From: Myxococcota bacterium
GTDB lineage: Bacteria; Myxococcota_C; UBA6777
Assembly: GCA_023150835.1 (NCBI GenBank)
Contig: JAKLKB010000074.1
Span: 1 to 47,498, forward strand
DNA: 47,498 nt
Direction: 5' to 3'
How positions within the stretch are numbered: position 1 is the stretch's first letter; every line of letters begins with the position of its first letter. Below are positions 17,242 through 26,889 of the stretch, piece after piece. The notes beneath the pieces were generated by a model. That model was given only the letters and a program-made list of their open reading frames with translations, had not been told where the DNA came from and did no database searches. The position numbers and the translations under genes are program-made.

Positions 17242-19854
17242 TTAAGAACCGACGTGGGGTCGACGGTCACGATCACGGCCACGATAGCGGGGTCGTCGCC
17301 CGCCACGACGCAAGTGTCGCAGCTCACTGGCACTTTCGGGAGCAAGATGAGTCGGAGGGAGATCGTCGACGTCGACCTCTTCGTGGGGGCTCTGTTCGGG
17401 TGCAGGAGGAACGTTGATTGAGGAGGGACGGTCAACATGGGATTGCGGCAAAGACAGCGGATCTTCGGGTTCGGCGCGAGGTTGTTCGATAGAAGCGATC
17501 GTCCCCGAAGCAAGGGCTTCTTGTTGTAGAGAGGCCCACGTTTGGAGGCGTTGTGTGTGGAGTTGTTGTTCGACCGGTAAAAAGCGCATAAACCAAGGCA
17601 GGCCGACAGGAGCGGAAGCAAGAGAAGAGGCCAGATCGAAGTGATCCAAGGGGCTGCGCAGCGTGACAGGCCGATGCGAAGGGTCGAGCGAAAAGCGTTC
17701 GCGCTCAAGACCAACAGGCTCGGTCAGGGGCACGTTGGGGGCAGGTTTGGCGACGGCTGATTTACTGAAAGGAGCGGATGTAGCGAGTTGAATTGATTCA
17801 AGAGGGTTTCTTCTTGGTTCAAACAGCGGCACTTTTTCACGTGCTGCGGGTTGTACAAGAGGGATTTCTTTGGGCGGTCGAGGCGCAAGAGGCGAAACGT
17901 ACGATCGCGAAGAAGGCGAAGAAGGAGCGTCACCGACAAGCGGCGGCTGAGACAACGGTTCGGAAGGGACGGTGGGAACAGGCGATCGAGGGGATTCGCT
18001 TCGAGCGGAAAAAGAAGGGCGTTCATTGGATCGCAACGGCCCTTGTTCGCGGTGTTTTTGCAGAGGGATCTTGTTGTCAGCCGCATCGTCGGGGCGCCTA
18101 TCTTCGAGACGCTTATCTTCGAGACGCTTATCTTCGAGACGCTTGTTGTCAGCCGCATCGTCGGGTCGCTTGTCTTCGAGGCGCTTATCTTCGAGACGCT
18201 TGTTGTCAGCCGCATCGTCGGGTCGCTTGTCTTCGAGGCGCTTATCTTCGAGACGCTTGTTGTCAGTTCGGGTTTCTTCGGGGCGCTTGTCTTCGAGGCG
18301 TCTGTCTTCGGGTAGTTTGGAGAGATCGACTTGGAGGGGTTCGCGTTCGCGTTTTTTCCGAACGAGGGGATGGGTGGCAAGGAAGCCTTGGAGATCGTTT
18401 TCGAGGTCGATACATCCGCCCTCACGGGGCAAGATCTCGGCGAGCAGACTGTATTCTTGAAAGAGGTAGTGCAACTCTTCGCGTTTGTGGTTGAGCATAT
18501 AGATGGCGACATCATGGGGGAGACGTGCTTCGACGCGCTCGAAACGTTTTTGCAGTGCGAGTTCTTGGAGTCGGCGGAGGACCATCAAGGCGCTTGCTTC
18601 GGGGTTAGGGAGTTGGCCATGTCCGTTGCAATGGGGGCAAGGGATAAAATGCCCGAGTGCTTTGCTGTCGCGGATACGTTGGCGAGAGAGGGAGAGCAAA
18701 CCAAAGGACGCGGATATCTTTCCGATACGGATGCGCGCTTTGTCGTGTTGGATCGCGAGGCGAAAGTGGCGCTCCACTTCGCGGGTATTGCGTAGAATTC
18801 GCATGCTGATGAAGTCGATCACGATCAATCCGCCAAGATCGCGCAGGCGGAGTTGTCGTGATATCTCGTAACAGGCTTCGATGTTGGTTCTGAGCGCGGT
18901 GTCTTCGGTGTTGTTTTCGGATTGTGCGCGACCAGAGTTGACGTCGATGGCGACCAAGGCTTCGGCTTGATCGATCACAATCGATCCTCCCGAAGCAAGG
19001 GAGATCTTGCGCTCAAAGACTTCGCTGATCTGCGGCTCGATGTTGTAGTGCGTAAAAAGCGGGCGATCCTCGTCATAAAAGCGGACGATATTTTGTTGGC
19101 TGGAGATCAAAGCGGCGTAGTAATCGCGTGCGCGTTCAAAGGCTTCTTCTTCGTCGACAAGGATCTCGTCGATGCTGCTATCGTAGTAATCGCGGATCAT
19201 CCGTTGGATGATATCGCTGTCTTGAAAGACGCATCCAGCGCGTGGACCGCGCTTGGATTGCTGTTGAATGGTTCGCCACAAGCGCAACAGATAATCGAGT
19301 TCGCGTTGGATATCTTCGATCGGTCGGCCCATTCCAGCCGTACGAACGATAATGCCGAAGCCATCGGGGAGTTTGAGATCGCGCATAAAATCGCGTAAAG
19401 CCTTGCGTTGTTCGGCATCATCGATCTTGCGCGAAACCCCGCCGCCACCGGATCGCGGCATCAACACCACATAACGCCCGGGGATCGTGCAGTACGTCGT
19501 CAGCGCAGCTCCCTTGTTTTCGAGTTCTTCACGGACGACCTGCACCAACACGGGCTGTCCTTTTTGGAGGACTTCGTCGACGCGGGGGCGGTCTTTGTCT
19601 TTGGGGGAGTGGGAGGACCAAAAATCGGGGTGGATCTCATGGAAGGGCAAAAAGCCATGACGGCCTGCGCCGTATTCGACAAATACGGCTTGGATCGAGG
19701 GTTCGACGCGAACCACATACCCCCGATAGATATTGTTTCGGTTTTTCTCACGCAGTCGGTTTTCGACGTCGAACTCAACGAGCTTGCCGTTTTCGATGAT
19801 GGCAGCGCGAACCTCTTCGGGCTCGTTGACATTGAATAGCATCTTTTTGGACAT
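17242..19854 (-). CDS. rne: Ribonuclease E/G family endoribonuclease with long disordered C-terminus, 870 aa
   Basis: MLFNVNEPEEVRAAI..NIYRGYVVRVEPSIQAVFVEYG..HGFLP (S1); AIDVNSG; RLRDLGGLIVIDFI; CPHCNGHG Zn link. Confidence 0.95.
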   Translation of the reverse strand: MSKKMLFNVNEPEEVRAAIIENGKLVEFDVENRLREKNRNNIYRGYVVRVEPSIQAVFVEYGAGRHGFLPFHEIHPDFWSSHSPKDKDRPRVDEVLQKGQPVLVQVVREELENKGAALTTYCTIPGRYVVLMPRSGGGGVSRKIDDAEQRKALRDFMRDLKLPDGFGIIVRTAGMGRPIEDIQRELDYLLRLWRTIQQQSKRGPRAGCVFQDSDIIQRMIRDYYDSSIDEILVDEEEAFERARDYYAALISSQQNIVRFYDEDRPLFTHYNIEPQISEVFERKISLASGGSIVIDQAEALVAIDVNSGRAQSENNTEDTALRTNIEACYEISRQLRLRDLGGLIVIDFISMRILRNTREVERHFRLAIQHDKARIRIGKISASFGLLSLSRQRIRDSKALGHFIPCPHCNGHGQLPNPEASALMVLRRLQELALQKRFERVEARLPHDVAIYMLNHKREELHYLFQEYSLLAEILPREGGCIDLENDLQGFLATHPLVRKKREREPLQVDLSKLPEDRRLEDKRPEETRTDNKRLEDKRLEDKRPDDAADNKRLEDKRLEDKRPDDAADNKRLEDKRLEDKRLEDRRPDDAADNKIPLQKHREQGPLRSNERPSFSARSESPRSPVPTVPSEPLSQPPLVGDAPSSPSSRSYVSPLAPRPPKEIPLVQPAAREKVPLFEPRRNPLESIQLATSAPFSKSAVAKPAPNVPLTEPVGLERERFSLDPSHRPVTLRSPLDHFDLASSLASAPVGLPWFMRFLPVEQQLHTQRLQTWASLQQEALASGTIASIEQPRAEPEDPLSLPQSHVDRPSSINVPPAPEQSPHEEVDVDDLPPTHLAPESASELRHLRRGGRRPRYRGRDRDRRPHVGS
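18070..18310. repeat. Nested 15-bp/57-bp in-frame repeats (KRLED / DNKRLEDKRLEDKRPDDAA) in the RNase E tail
   Basis: Visible in both DNA (CTTATCTTCGAGACG units) and translation. Confidence 0.85.
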
Positions 19855-20460
19855 GAATCGGCTCTCTCCTCTGGCCGTATGGGGTCCACACGCCCGAAAG
19901 CGGAGAAAACAGACCGAAAAGGAAAGAGCGCAAGGCCGATGTGACGAGAAAAGAGGCGCTTTTCATTTCGCGATATGTGGAGAGAAAGTTTGTTTGGGGT
20001 ATCATCCGCATCCTTCGCAGTGTCCACATCGTCAGCATCATCTGCAACGCGCCCGTGTATGGGGCGTTATCTGTTCCGTATTCGCGTCTGTCGGATGGGT
20101 GGTTTGGGGTGAGCAGGGTTGTCCAAAGAGAGGTGTGCGCTGCGTGCTTGCAGATATCACAACCTCGGGTCGGAAAGAGCATTGCCTCGAACGCAGCCAC
20201 GCGACCTCGAAAGCACAGACAACACAACTTGAACCATCCACTTCTCTCACTCGGCGTATGAGGCAAACAAGAACATCTCTCGTTTGCCAATGCTTCCATC
20301 TCAGAAACGAAGGTCGACGACCTCCGTTGTATAAGGCTTGTTTTGGGTTTTGTATTTCTTTGGGTGCGCAACGCACCGTCCGCCAAACTCACCAAGGTGT
20401 GCGTGGGGGATGAACCGAAAACTGGGCGGAAGAGCATCGGCTCCCGCAGTTCGATAGACT

Positions 20461-20581
20461 TGTGGGGCATGGCCCCACACCCCGCCATAGACCGAAGGCC
20501 CCTTGTTCGCCGCATTCGCGAGGAGATCGTTCGTTTTTCAAACCAACAGTTCTACCGCTTGAAACACCGCGAACACGGGGG
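20461..20581. repeat. Structured dispersed repeat, copy 1 (copy 2 at 42428-42547)
   Basis: Shared blocks TGTGGGG..CCACACCCCGCCATAGAC..GCCCCTTG..GAGATC..TTTCAA..CGCTTGAAACACCGCGAACACGGGGG. Confidence 0.8.
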
Positions 20582-20733
20582 TTTTTGCCAACTGCGTCAC
20601 TTCTCTACGGTAAGGATTTTCCTTACGCCAAAACGTCAAGAAGCATACTTCCCCAAAAAGCCCTTGTCAAGGCGACGCCTTCGCGGCATCTTGGCGCGTG
20701 TAGAGCGTTTCGTACGCCGCTTGCCCGCGCTCT

Positions 20734-21270
20734 TTGTTTTCCGCCCTGTCACATACGGAGAAGATCACCGTGTATCGGCCTCTTTGTTATTCAAGCCCCC
20801 ATCGCGTGGCGCTTTTTTTCGGTGTCGTCTTGTTGTTGGGTGGATGTCGTCCACCGAGCGAGGCAGAACAAGCCTTTTCGCGCTTTCGCAGCCACCTCGA
20901 AAAACAACAAACCGCCCGAGCATGGGCGATGCTGACTCAGCGCAGCCAACAAGCCCTCCAACAAGCCCTTCGGCGCGCAAACAGCCAAGAGCCCCCCGCA
21001 CAATTCTTCCAAAAAGCCTCGTTCTTGCGGAACTTGCGTATGCGCCCTCATCCTGCGCGCCCGCCCCACCAGACCCAAACGCTTGCGGATCTCCATTTCC
21101 TCGACGAACTGGGCCGCTCTCAGGTGGTCAGGCTTCGCCGCGAAGACAACCGATGGTGCGTCGATCTGCGCGGGACATGGGTACTTGAAGAAGCTGCCCC
21201 AACCTCCCGCCCCGTGCCTACCGCCTCTCCAACATCACAAACCGCCCAAACACGGCCCTCTTCGCGATAG
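20734..21270 (+). CDS. Putative lipoprotein (true start probably later)
   Basis: Hydrophobic VALFFGVVLLLGGC lipobox-like segment followed by a helical domain ending VRLRREDNRWCVDL. Confidence 0.55.
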   Translation: MFSALSHTEKITVYRPLCYSSPHRVALFFGVVLLLGGCRPPSEAEQAFSRFRSHLEKQQTARAWAMLTQRSQQALQQALRRANSQEPPAQFFQKASFLRNLRMRPHPARPPHQTQTLADLHFLDELGRSQVVRLRREDNRWCVDLRGTWVLEEAAPTSRPVPTASPTSQTAQTRPSSR

Positions 21271-21468
21271 GCATCCTTCACCGCTCAACACAGCCCTCTT
21301 CGCGATAGGCATCCTTCGCCGCTTGACACAGCCCTCTTCGCGATAGGCATCCTTCGCCGCTTGACACAGCCCTCTTCGCGATAGGCATCCTTCACCGCTC
21401 AACACAGCCCTCTTCGCGATAGGCATCCTTCGCCGCTTAACACAGCCCTCTTCGCGATAGGCATCCTT
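21255..21468. repeat. 5.6 x 38-bp tandem repeat filling the gap between convergent genes
   Basis: GCCCTCTTCGCGATAGGCATCCTTC(A/G)CCGCT(C/T)(A/G)ACACA starting at 21255, 21293, 21331, 21369, 21407 and 21445. Confidence 0.93.
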
Positions 21469-22846
21469 AACCACGCGAAAACAACGTATCCAAGGCTTCT
21501 TCTAAGCGGCGGATCCCGATAAATCGGGCTTTTCGTGGTGAAGCTAACGAGGCGCGGTTGTGCTCGGGCAGCAAGACCTGCGCAAATCCCAGCTTCACGG
21601 CTTCTTTTGCGCGTGTCTCGGCTTGCGAGATCCCCCGCACTTCGCCCGCAAGCCCCAACTCCCCAAAGATCGCCATATCTTGCGGCAACGCTCTACCCCG
21701 AAAGCTCGATGCCAAGGCCATCGCCACCGCCAGATCTGCCGCAGGCTCATCCAGCCGATATCCTCCCGCGACATTCACGAAGATATCTGCTGCTGCGATC
21801 TGCATCCCGCCGCTTTTCTCCAACACCGCAACCAACAACGCCACGCGATTGGGATCTACACCCGTACAAGTCCGCCGAGGTGTCCCATACACGGGCGTCC
21901 CCACCAAGGCTTGCACTTCCACGAGCATAGGCCGCGTCCCTTCGATGCACACCGTCACCACCGAGCCCGGGGCGTCCAAGGGACGCTGATCCAAAAATAG
22001 CGCAGACGGATTCCCTACTTCCTGCAAACCGTCTTCTTTCATCTCAAAAACCCCGATCTCGTTGGTCGAACCAAAGCGATTTTTCACCGCCCGCAAGATC
22101 CGATACGGATGGCCTCGATCTCCCTCAAAGTACAACACCGTGTCGACCATGTGTTCCAACACACGCGGCCCTGCGATCGCCCCATCCTTCGTGACATGCC
22201 CGATCAACCATGTGGGGATCGATTCGCGTTTGGCGAGGTGCAAGAAACGGCTGGTGGCTTCGCGGATCTGTGAGATCGCTCCCGGGGCGGCGGGGATCTC
22301 AGGGCAATAGACCGACTGGATCGAGTCGACGATCAACAGCGCGGGTTTGATCCGTTGAACTTGTTGGCGGATGTGATCGACGTCCACTTCGGCCAGCATC
22401 AAGATCCCTTCGTGCAACATCCCAAGGCGCTTGGCGCGCATGTGCGCTTGGGGCAAAGATTCTTCTCCTGAAACGTACAGCACTTGATGCCCATCCCGCG
22501 CCATCTTGGCGGCTGCTTGCATCGCCAACGTCGACTTGCCGATCCCGGGATCCCCCCCAAGCAAGATCAAAGTCCCCGGGACCAGTCCCCCTCCCAACAC
22601 CCGATCCAACTCCGCCACCGCAAAGCGATAGCGCGTGACATCCCCCACTTGCACTTCGGTCAGCGGCGTAGGGCCGCCCTCTTGCGCCAATGTATTCTTG
22701 CGGCGTGCTTCGTGGCTGCTTTTTTGCGGTACTTCGGCCATTTCCACAAACGAGTTCCACGCCCCACAGTCGGGACAGCGTCCCAACCACTTTGGCGTCT
22801 TGCTCCCACAAGCCCCACACTCGTAGATCACCTTTGCTTTTGCCAT
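21467..22846 (-). CDS. radA: DNA repair protein RadA/Sms
   Basis: CGACG..WLGRCPDC Zn finger; GGDPGIGKST; KNRFG motif; Lon-like C-terminus. Confidence 0.97.
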   Translation of the reverse strand: MAKAKVIYECGACGSKTPKWLGRCPDCGAWNSFVEMAEVPQKSSHEARRKNTLAQEGGPTPLTEVQVGDVTRYRFAVAELDRVLGGGLVPGTLILLGGDPGIGKSTLAMQAAAKMARDGHQVLYVSGEESLPQAHMRAKRLGMLHEGILMLAEVDVDHIRQQVQRIKPALLIVDSIQSVYCPEIPAAPGAISQIREATSRFLHLAKRESIPTWLIGHVTKDGAIAGPRVLEHMVDTVLYFEGDRGHPYRILRAVKNRFGSTNEIGVFEMKEDGLQEVGNPSALFLDQRPLDAPGSVVTVCIEGTRPMLVEVQALVGTPVYGTPRRTCTGVDPNRVALLVAVLEKSGGMQIAAADIFVNVAGGYRLDEPAADLAVAMALASSFRGRALPQDMAIFGELGLAGEVRGISQAETRAKEAVKLGFAQVLLPEHNRASLASPRKARFIGIRRLEEALDTLFSRG

Positions 22847-22972
22847 CCTCGCTCCTTTGCTTCTTCACGCTTTTGTGTGACCATCCGCACCTTTTCAGGG
22901 TCTTTTCTCGAAGCAACGCCACACGTTGTGGACTTTTCCTTTGTCTGAACAAGACACCCATCGAGGTTATCC

Positions 22973-25882
22973 ATGCAAGCCTTCATCAAGAATCGTTTTT
23001 TTCGGTCGCTCCCCATGCGGATGGGTTTGTGTTTCCTGCTTTTGAGCCTTCCCGCTTTCTCGTTGTTTCTCGGATGCGGTGAATGCCGCAATGATAGCGA
23101 TTGTCCATCGACTTCTCTTTGCACAGAAGGCGCATGTGTCGAAAAAAACCAACCCCCTGTGCGCCGCCCCCCCGGCTCGGAGTGCGTAGACAGCGAGCGC
23201 CGCGCTTGTTACAACGGACCCACCAAGACCCAAAGCATCGGCATCTGCAAAGCTGGTCAACAGACTTGCCAAAACGGCCAATGGAGCGCGTGTGCGGGAG
23301 AAGTGACGCCCGCTGAAAAAGAAGAATGTGATGGCGTAGACAACAACTGCGACGGCCAAGTCGACGAAGGCTGCACTTGCAAAAACGGCGACAAACAAGC
23401 CTGTTATACAGGAAGTGCCGAAACACGCGCCAAAGGCGAATGCAAAGACGGCGAACAGATCTGCATCAACGGACTCTGGGGCGAATGCTTGCAACAGACC
23501 CTTCCCCAAGCCGAAGTATGCGACGGCAAAGACAACGATTGCAACGGAAAAATCGACGACGACGTCAAAAAAAGCTGCCAATCACAGTGCGGACTCGGCG
23601 AAGAGATCTGCCAAAACGGCCAATTCCAACCCTGCAACGCACGCACTCCAAGCCCCGAAAAATGCGGCGACAACATCGACAACGATTGCAACGGCTCCAC
23701 CGACGAAGGCTGTGAGTGTGCCCCCAGTACCTCCCGCGATTGCTACACAGGCCCTCCAAGCACCCAAGGCGTCGGCCCTTGCACCCAAGGCAAACAGACC
23801 TGTAGCGCCGATGGCAAGTGGCAAAGCTGCACAGGGCAAGTTACCCCCCAAGTCGAGCAATGCAACCGCAAAGATGACGATTGCAACGGGCGTATCGACG
23901 ACAACTTGACCCGTCCCTGTCAACGCGGTTGCAATACCGGCAAAGAAACCTGTAGCGATGGAACATGGAAAGCCTGTGATGCAAAAGCCGCAGATGCCGA
24001 AGTATGCGACGGGAAAGACAACGACTGCGACGGAAAAACCGACAACTTGGTCGGTGGTGGCACTTGTGAATGCCTTGTCGGACAAAAAGAATTCTGCTAT
24101 GACGGCCCCGCAAACACCGCAGGTATCGGCCTTTGCGCACGCGGTGAACGGATCTGCCAGTCCACAGGCAAGTGGTCTCCTTGCCTCAACCAGATCACCC
24201 CATCACCCGAGATCTGCGACGGCAAAGACAACAACTGTGACGGACAAGTCGACAACAACACCACCGGCGGAAAACTCGACCGCGATTGTTACGATGGGCC
24301 CGCAGGAACCGATCAACGTGGCGTCTGCAAAAAAGGCAAAGAGACCTGCAACAACGGGGTCTGGAGTGTATGCGTCGGACAGATCAAGCCCACCACCGAG
24401 ATCTGCGACAACAAAGACAACAACTGCGACGGCAAAATCGATGAAGGCGTCTCACGCGATTGTTATAGTGGACCCGCAGGGACCGAAGGCACAGGTATCT
24501 GTAAAAAAGGCTTGCAAACCTGTACGGCGGGTGTTTGGGGGGCTTGCCTTGGCGAAGTCGCCCCGCGCACCGAGGTCTGCAACAACCTTGACGACGATTG
24601 CAACGGCGTCAAAGACGACAAAGGCGCTTGTGACGTCTGCCAAAGCGGTCAGAGCCAAGCCTGCTATACAGGCCCCCAAAGCACCCGAAACACCCTCCCT
24701 TGCAAAGAAGGCACCTCCACCTGCATCAACGGTCAATGGGGTACTTGCACAGGCGAAGTTAAACCGATCTCCGAGACCTGCAACAACAAAGACGATGATT
24801 GCGACGGAAACATCGACAACGGCATAACGCGGCCCTGCTCGAACAACTGCGGCACAGGCACAGAAACCTGCTCCGCTGGGACATGGATCAACTGCAACGC
24901 CCCCAAACCAACCACCGAGATCTGCAACAACAAAGACGACGACTGCAACGGCCAGATCGACGATGGTCTCTCCTGCACCATCCTCGCGACGGGAGATATC
25001 GCAGGAACCGCGATCCTCTGGAACCCCTTTACTCGCACCAAGCTCCAAACCATCGCCAGTCAAGCCGAGATCTACGTCATCGCCTTTAGCCCCGACAAAC
25101 AATCCTTTGCCGTCGGAAACACCAACCAAGTCGAACTTCGTTATGCGGCCACAGGCGTCCGCTATCGCACCCTCAATTTCACAGGGATCGCCCGATCGAT
25201 CGCGTGGTCCAAAGACAGCACCCGCATCGCCGTCGGAACCAGCGCAGGAACCGCCACCATCTGGAATGCCACCACAGGCGCGATTATCCGCAGCGGCCTT
25301 ACGCATCCCTATACTGTGCGCGGCCTTGCCTTTCACCCCACCCAAGACCTGCTTCTCTCCACCAGCGACAACATCGTCTACTTCTGGAATCCCACTACAG
25401 GCGCACAGATCCGCCAAACCCCCGTCACCTTCACCATCTACGCCCTTGACCTCAGCCCCGATGGAAACTCCTTCTTGATCGGCGGATACCACGTCAGCAA
25501 CATCTATCCCGGTTTCCTCCAACTCTGGGATATCACCAACACCAGCGCCCCCACCCAAAAACTCTCCTTTACCGTCCCCGCCATCGTGTACAACTCGCGC
25601 TTTAGCCACGATGGAACGCACGTTATCGCTGCATACCTCGATGGCACCAGCGTTTGGCGTGTCCAAACTCAACAAAAAGTCGCCGAGATCAAACTTCCCG
25701 GACATTGGGTCTATACCGCCGATCTCACTCCCGACAACAAAACCCTCGCCGCCGGCGCTCGCACCAACGCCGCACTCAACGGCATCCTCTTCTTGTGGGA
25801 TATCTCTCAAAGTCCGCCCGTTGAACTCCTTAAAAACACCGATCACACCCGCTATCTCTGGGGAATGGACTTCCGCCCCTAA
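22973..25882 (+). CDS. Cys-rich lipoprotein with repeated CDGxDNxCDG putative metal-binding (MopE-related) motifs and C-terminal WD40 propeller, 969 aa
   Basis: Signal peptide ending LFLGC; ~10 E.CDG.DN.C.G..D motifs; WD40-like repeats (IAFSPD, IAWSKD, LAFHPT, LDLSPD). Confidence 0.85.
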   Translation: MQAFIKNRFFRSLPMRMGLCFLLLSLPAFSLFLGCGECRNDSDCPSTSLCTEGACVEKNQPPVRRPPGSECVDSERRACYNGPTKTQSIGICKAGQQTCQNGQWSACAGEVTPAEKEECDGVDNNCDGQVDEGCTCKNGDKQACYTGSAETRAKGECKDGEQICINGLWGECLQQTLPQAEVCDGKDNDCNGKIDDDVKKSCQSQCGLGEEICQNGQFQPCNARTPSPEKCGDNIDNDCNGSTDEGCECAPSTSRDCYTGPPSTQGVGPCTQGKQTCSADGKWQSCTGQVTPQVEQCNRKDDDCNGRIDDNLTRPCQRGCNTGKETCSDGTWKACDAKAADAEVCDGKDNDCDGKTDNLVGGGTCECLVGQKEFCYDGPANTAGIGLCARGERICQSTGKWSPCLNQITPSPEICDGKDNNCDGQVDNNTTGGKLDRDCYDGPAGTDQRGVCKKGKETCNNGVWSVCVGQIKPTTEICDNKDNNCDGKIDEGVSRDCYSGPAGTEGTGICKKGLQTCTAGVWGACLGEVAPRTEVCNNLDDDCNGVKDDKGACDVCQSGQSQACYTGPQSTRNTLPCKEGTSTCINGQWGTCTGEVKPISETCNNKDDDCDGNIDNGITRPCSNNCGTGTETCSAGTWINCNAPKPTTEICNNKDDDCNGQIDDGLSCTILATGDIAGTAILWNPFTRTKLQTIASQAEIYVIAFSPDKQSFAVGNTNQVELRYAATGVRYRTLNFTGIARSIAWSKDSTRIAVGTSAGTATIWNATTGAIIRSGLTHPYTVRGLAFHPTQDLLLSTSDNIVYFWNPTTGAQIRQTPVTFTIYALDLSPDGNSFLIGGYHVSNIYPGFLQLWDITNTSAPTQKLSFTVPAIVYNSRFSHDGTHVIAAYLDGTSVWRVQTQQKVAEIKLPGHWVYTADLTPDNKTLAAGARTNAALNGILFLWDISQSPPVELLKNTDHTRYLWGMDFRP

Positions 25883-26013
25883 ACAACAGCAAAAAAACAC
25901 CGACCTCTTGCCCCCGAACAACAGCAAAAAAAACATGGACGTGTGACGGGCTGTGACTACCTTGGGCTGCATGGTGATATCGATTCTTTGCAGAAACTCC
26001 AAAGGAGAATCCC

Positions 26014-26583
26014 ATGCGCCACTCTTCTTCTTTACCCACCCCCCAAGGCATCGGAGCCATCCTCCAAAAGACCCTCCAAAAAGCGGGAATCCAACAACAC
26101 GCTGCCCCCACACAAACCACCGAAGCCCTTGTCTATCGGGCTTGGATCGATATCGCTGGCGAGCAAGTTGCCGCCATCTCCCGTCCCACCGCCTTTTCCG
26201 AAGGCAACCTCACCGTCGAAGTCTCCGAAAAAGTCTGGCTCCAAGAACTCCATTATTTTCGCGGACGCTACCTCCAACAGATCAACGAAGCCCTCCGCCG
26301 TCACACCGTTCACCAGATCACCTTTACACTCGCCAAACAAGACGACGACACACCTGTCCCTCTGCGTGTCGAATCCGATGCTTCGAACGATCCAGCCCCC
26401 GACTCCCCGCGTTGGCTCTCCGAAGTCCTCCCCGAAGACGTCCGCGCCAACATCGAAGCCAAACTCGCCGATATGCCCGAAAGCGATCTCAAAAACAGCG
26501 CTCGCCGTATCCTGATCCGCCACCACCAGATCCAACAGATGCGACACCGTCAAAAACGACCCCGCCTCCCTTCCTCTTCGTGA
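26014..26583 (+). CDS. DUF721/DciA family protein
   Basis: AWIDIAGEQVAAISRP..GNLTVEVSEKVWLQELHYFRGRYLQQIN pattern. Confidence 0.8.
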   Translation: MRHSSSLPTPQGIGAILQKTLQKAGIQQHAAPTQTTEALVYRAWIDIAGEQVAAISRPTAFSEGNLTVEVSEKVWLQELHYFRGRYLQQINEALRRHTVHQITFTLAKQDDDTPVPLRVESDASNDPAPDSPRWLSEVLPEDVRANIEAKLADMPESDLKNSARRILIRHHQIQQMRHRQKRPRLPSSS

Positions 26584-26584
26584 T

Positions 26585-26676
26585 ACTCGATCCACCCGTG
26601 CATCGTGGAGAGGGGGTTCTATTTCACTCCATGCAAACCCTATCACTCGATCCACCCGTGCATCGTGGAGAGGGGG
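26585..26676. repeat. 32-bp direct repeat, period 60
   Basis: ACTCGATCCACCCGTGCATCGTGGAGAGGGGG at 26585 and 26645. Confidence 0.85.
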
Positions 26677-26772
26677 CTGGGGTGATGCGGGGGATGCGGG
26701 TGGCTTCTCCCTGACTTGATGGAAAACATTCGGTGGCTCTAGGAGAATAGACGAAGTGCCCGAGTGTTCGCC

Positions 26773-26889
26773 CCCTGTGGCTCTTCGTCGCTCCTACGCG
26801 ATGCCTTTGGCTTTGCAAAGAGGGCGACCCTCCTAATGGGGTCGCCTCTACCCTGTGGCTCTTCGTCGCTCCTACGCGATGCCTTTGGC
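26773..26889. repeat. 39-bp direct repeats flanking a GTAG-REP
   Basis: CCCTGTGGCTCTTCGTCGCTCCTACGCGATGCCTTTGGC at 26773 and 26851, with minus-strand GTAGAGGCGACCCC..GGGTCGCCC between them. Confidence 0.85.

Noticed and set aside
19855-20460. Coding gene or known ncRNA upstream of rne
   Set aside because: Overlapping ORFs lack motifs and no RNase P, tmRNA or SRP signature was seen; probably a long rne leader/promoter region
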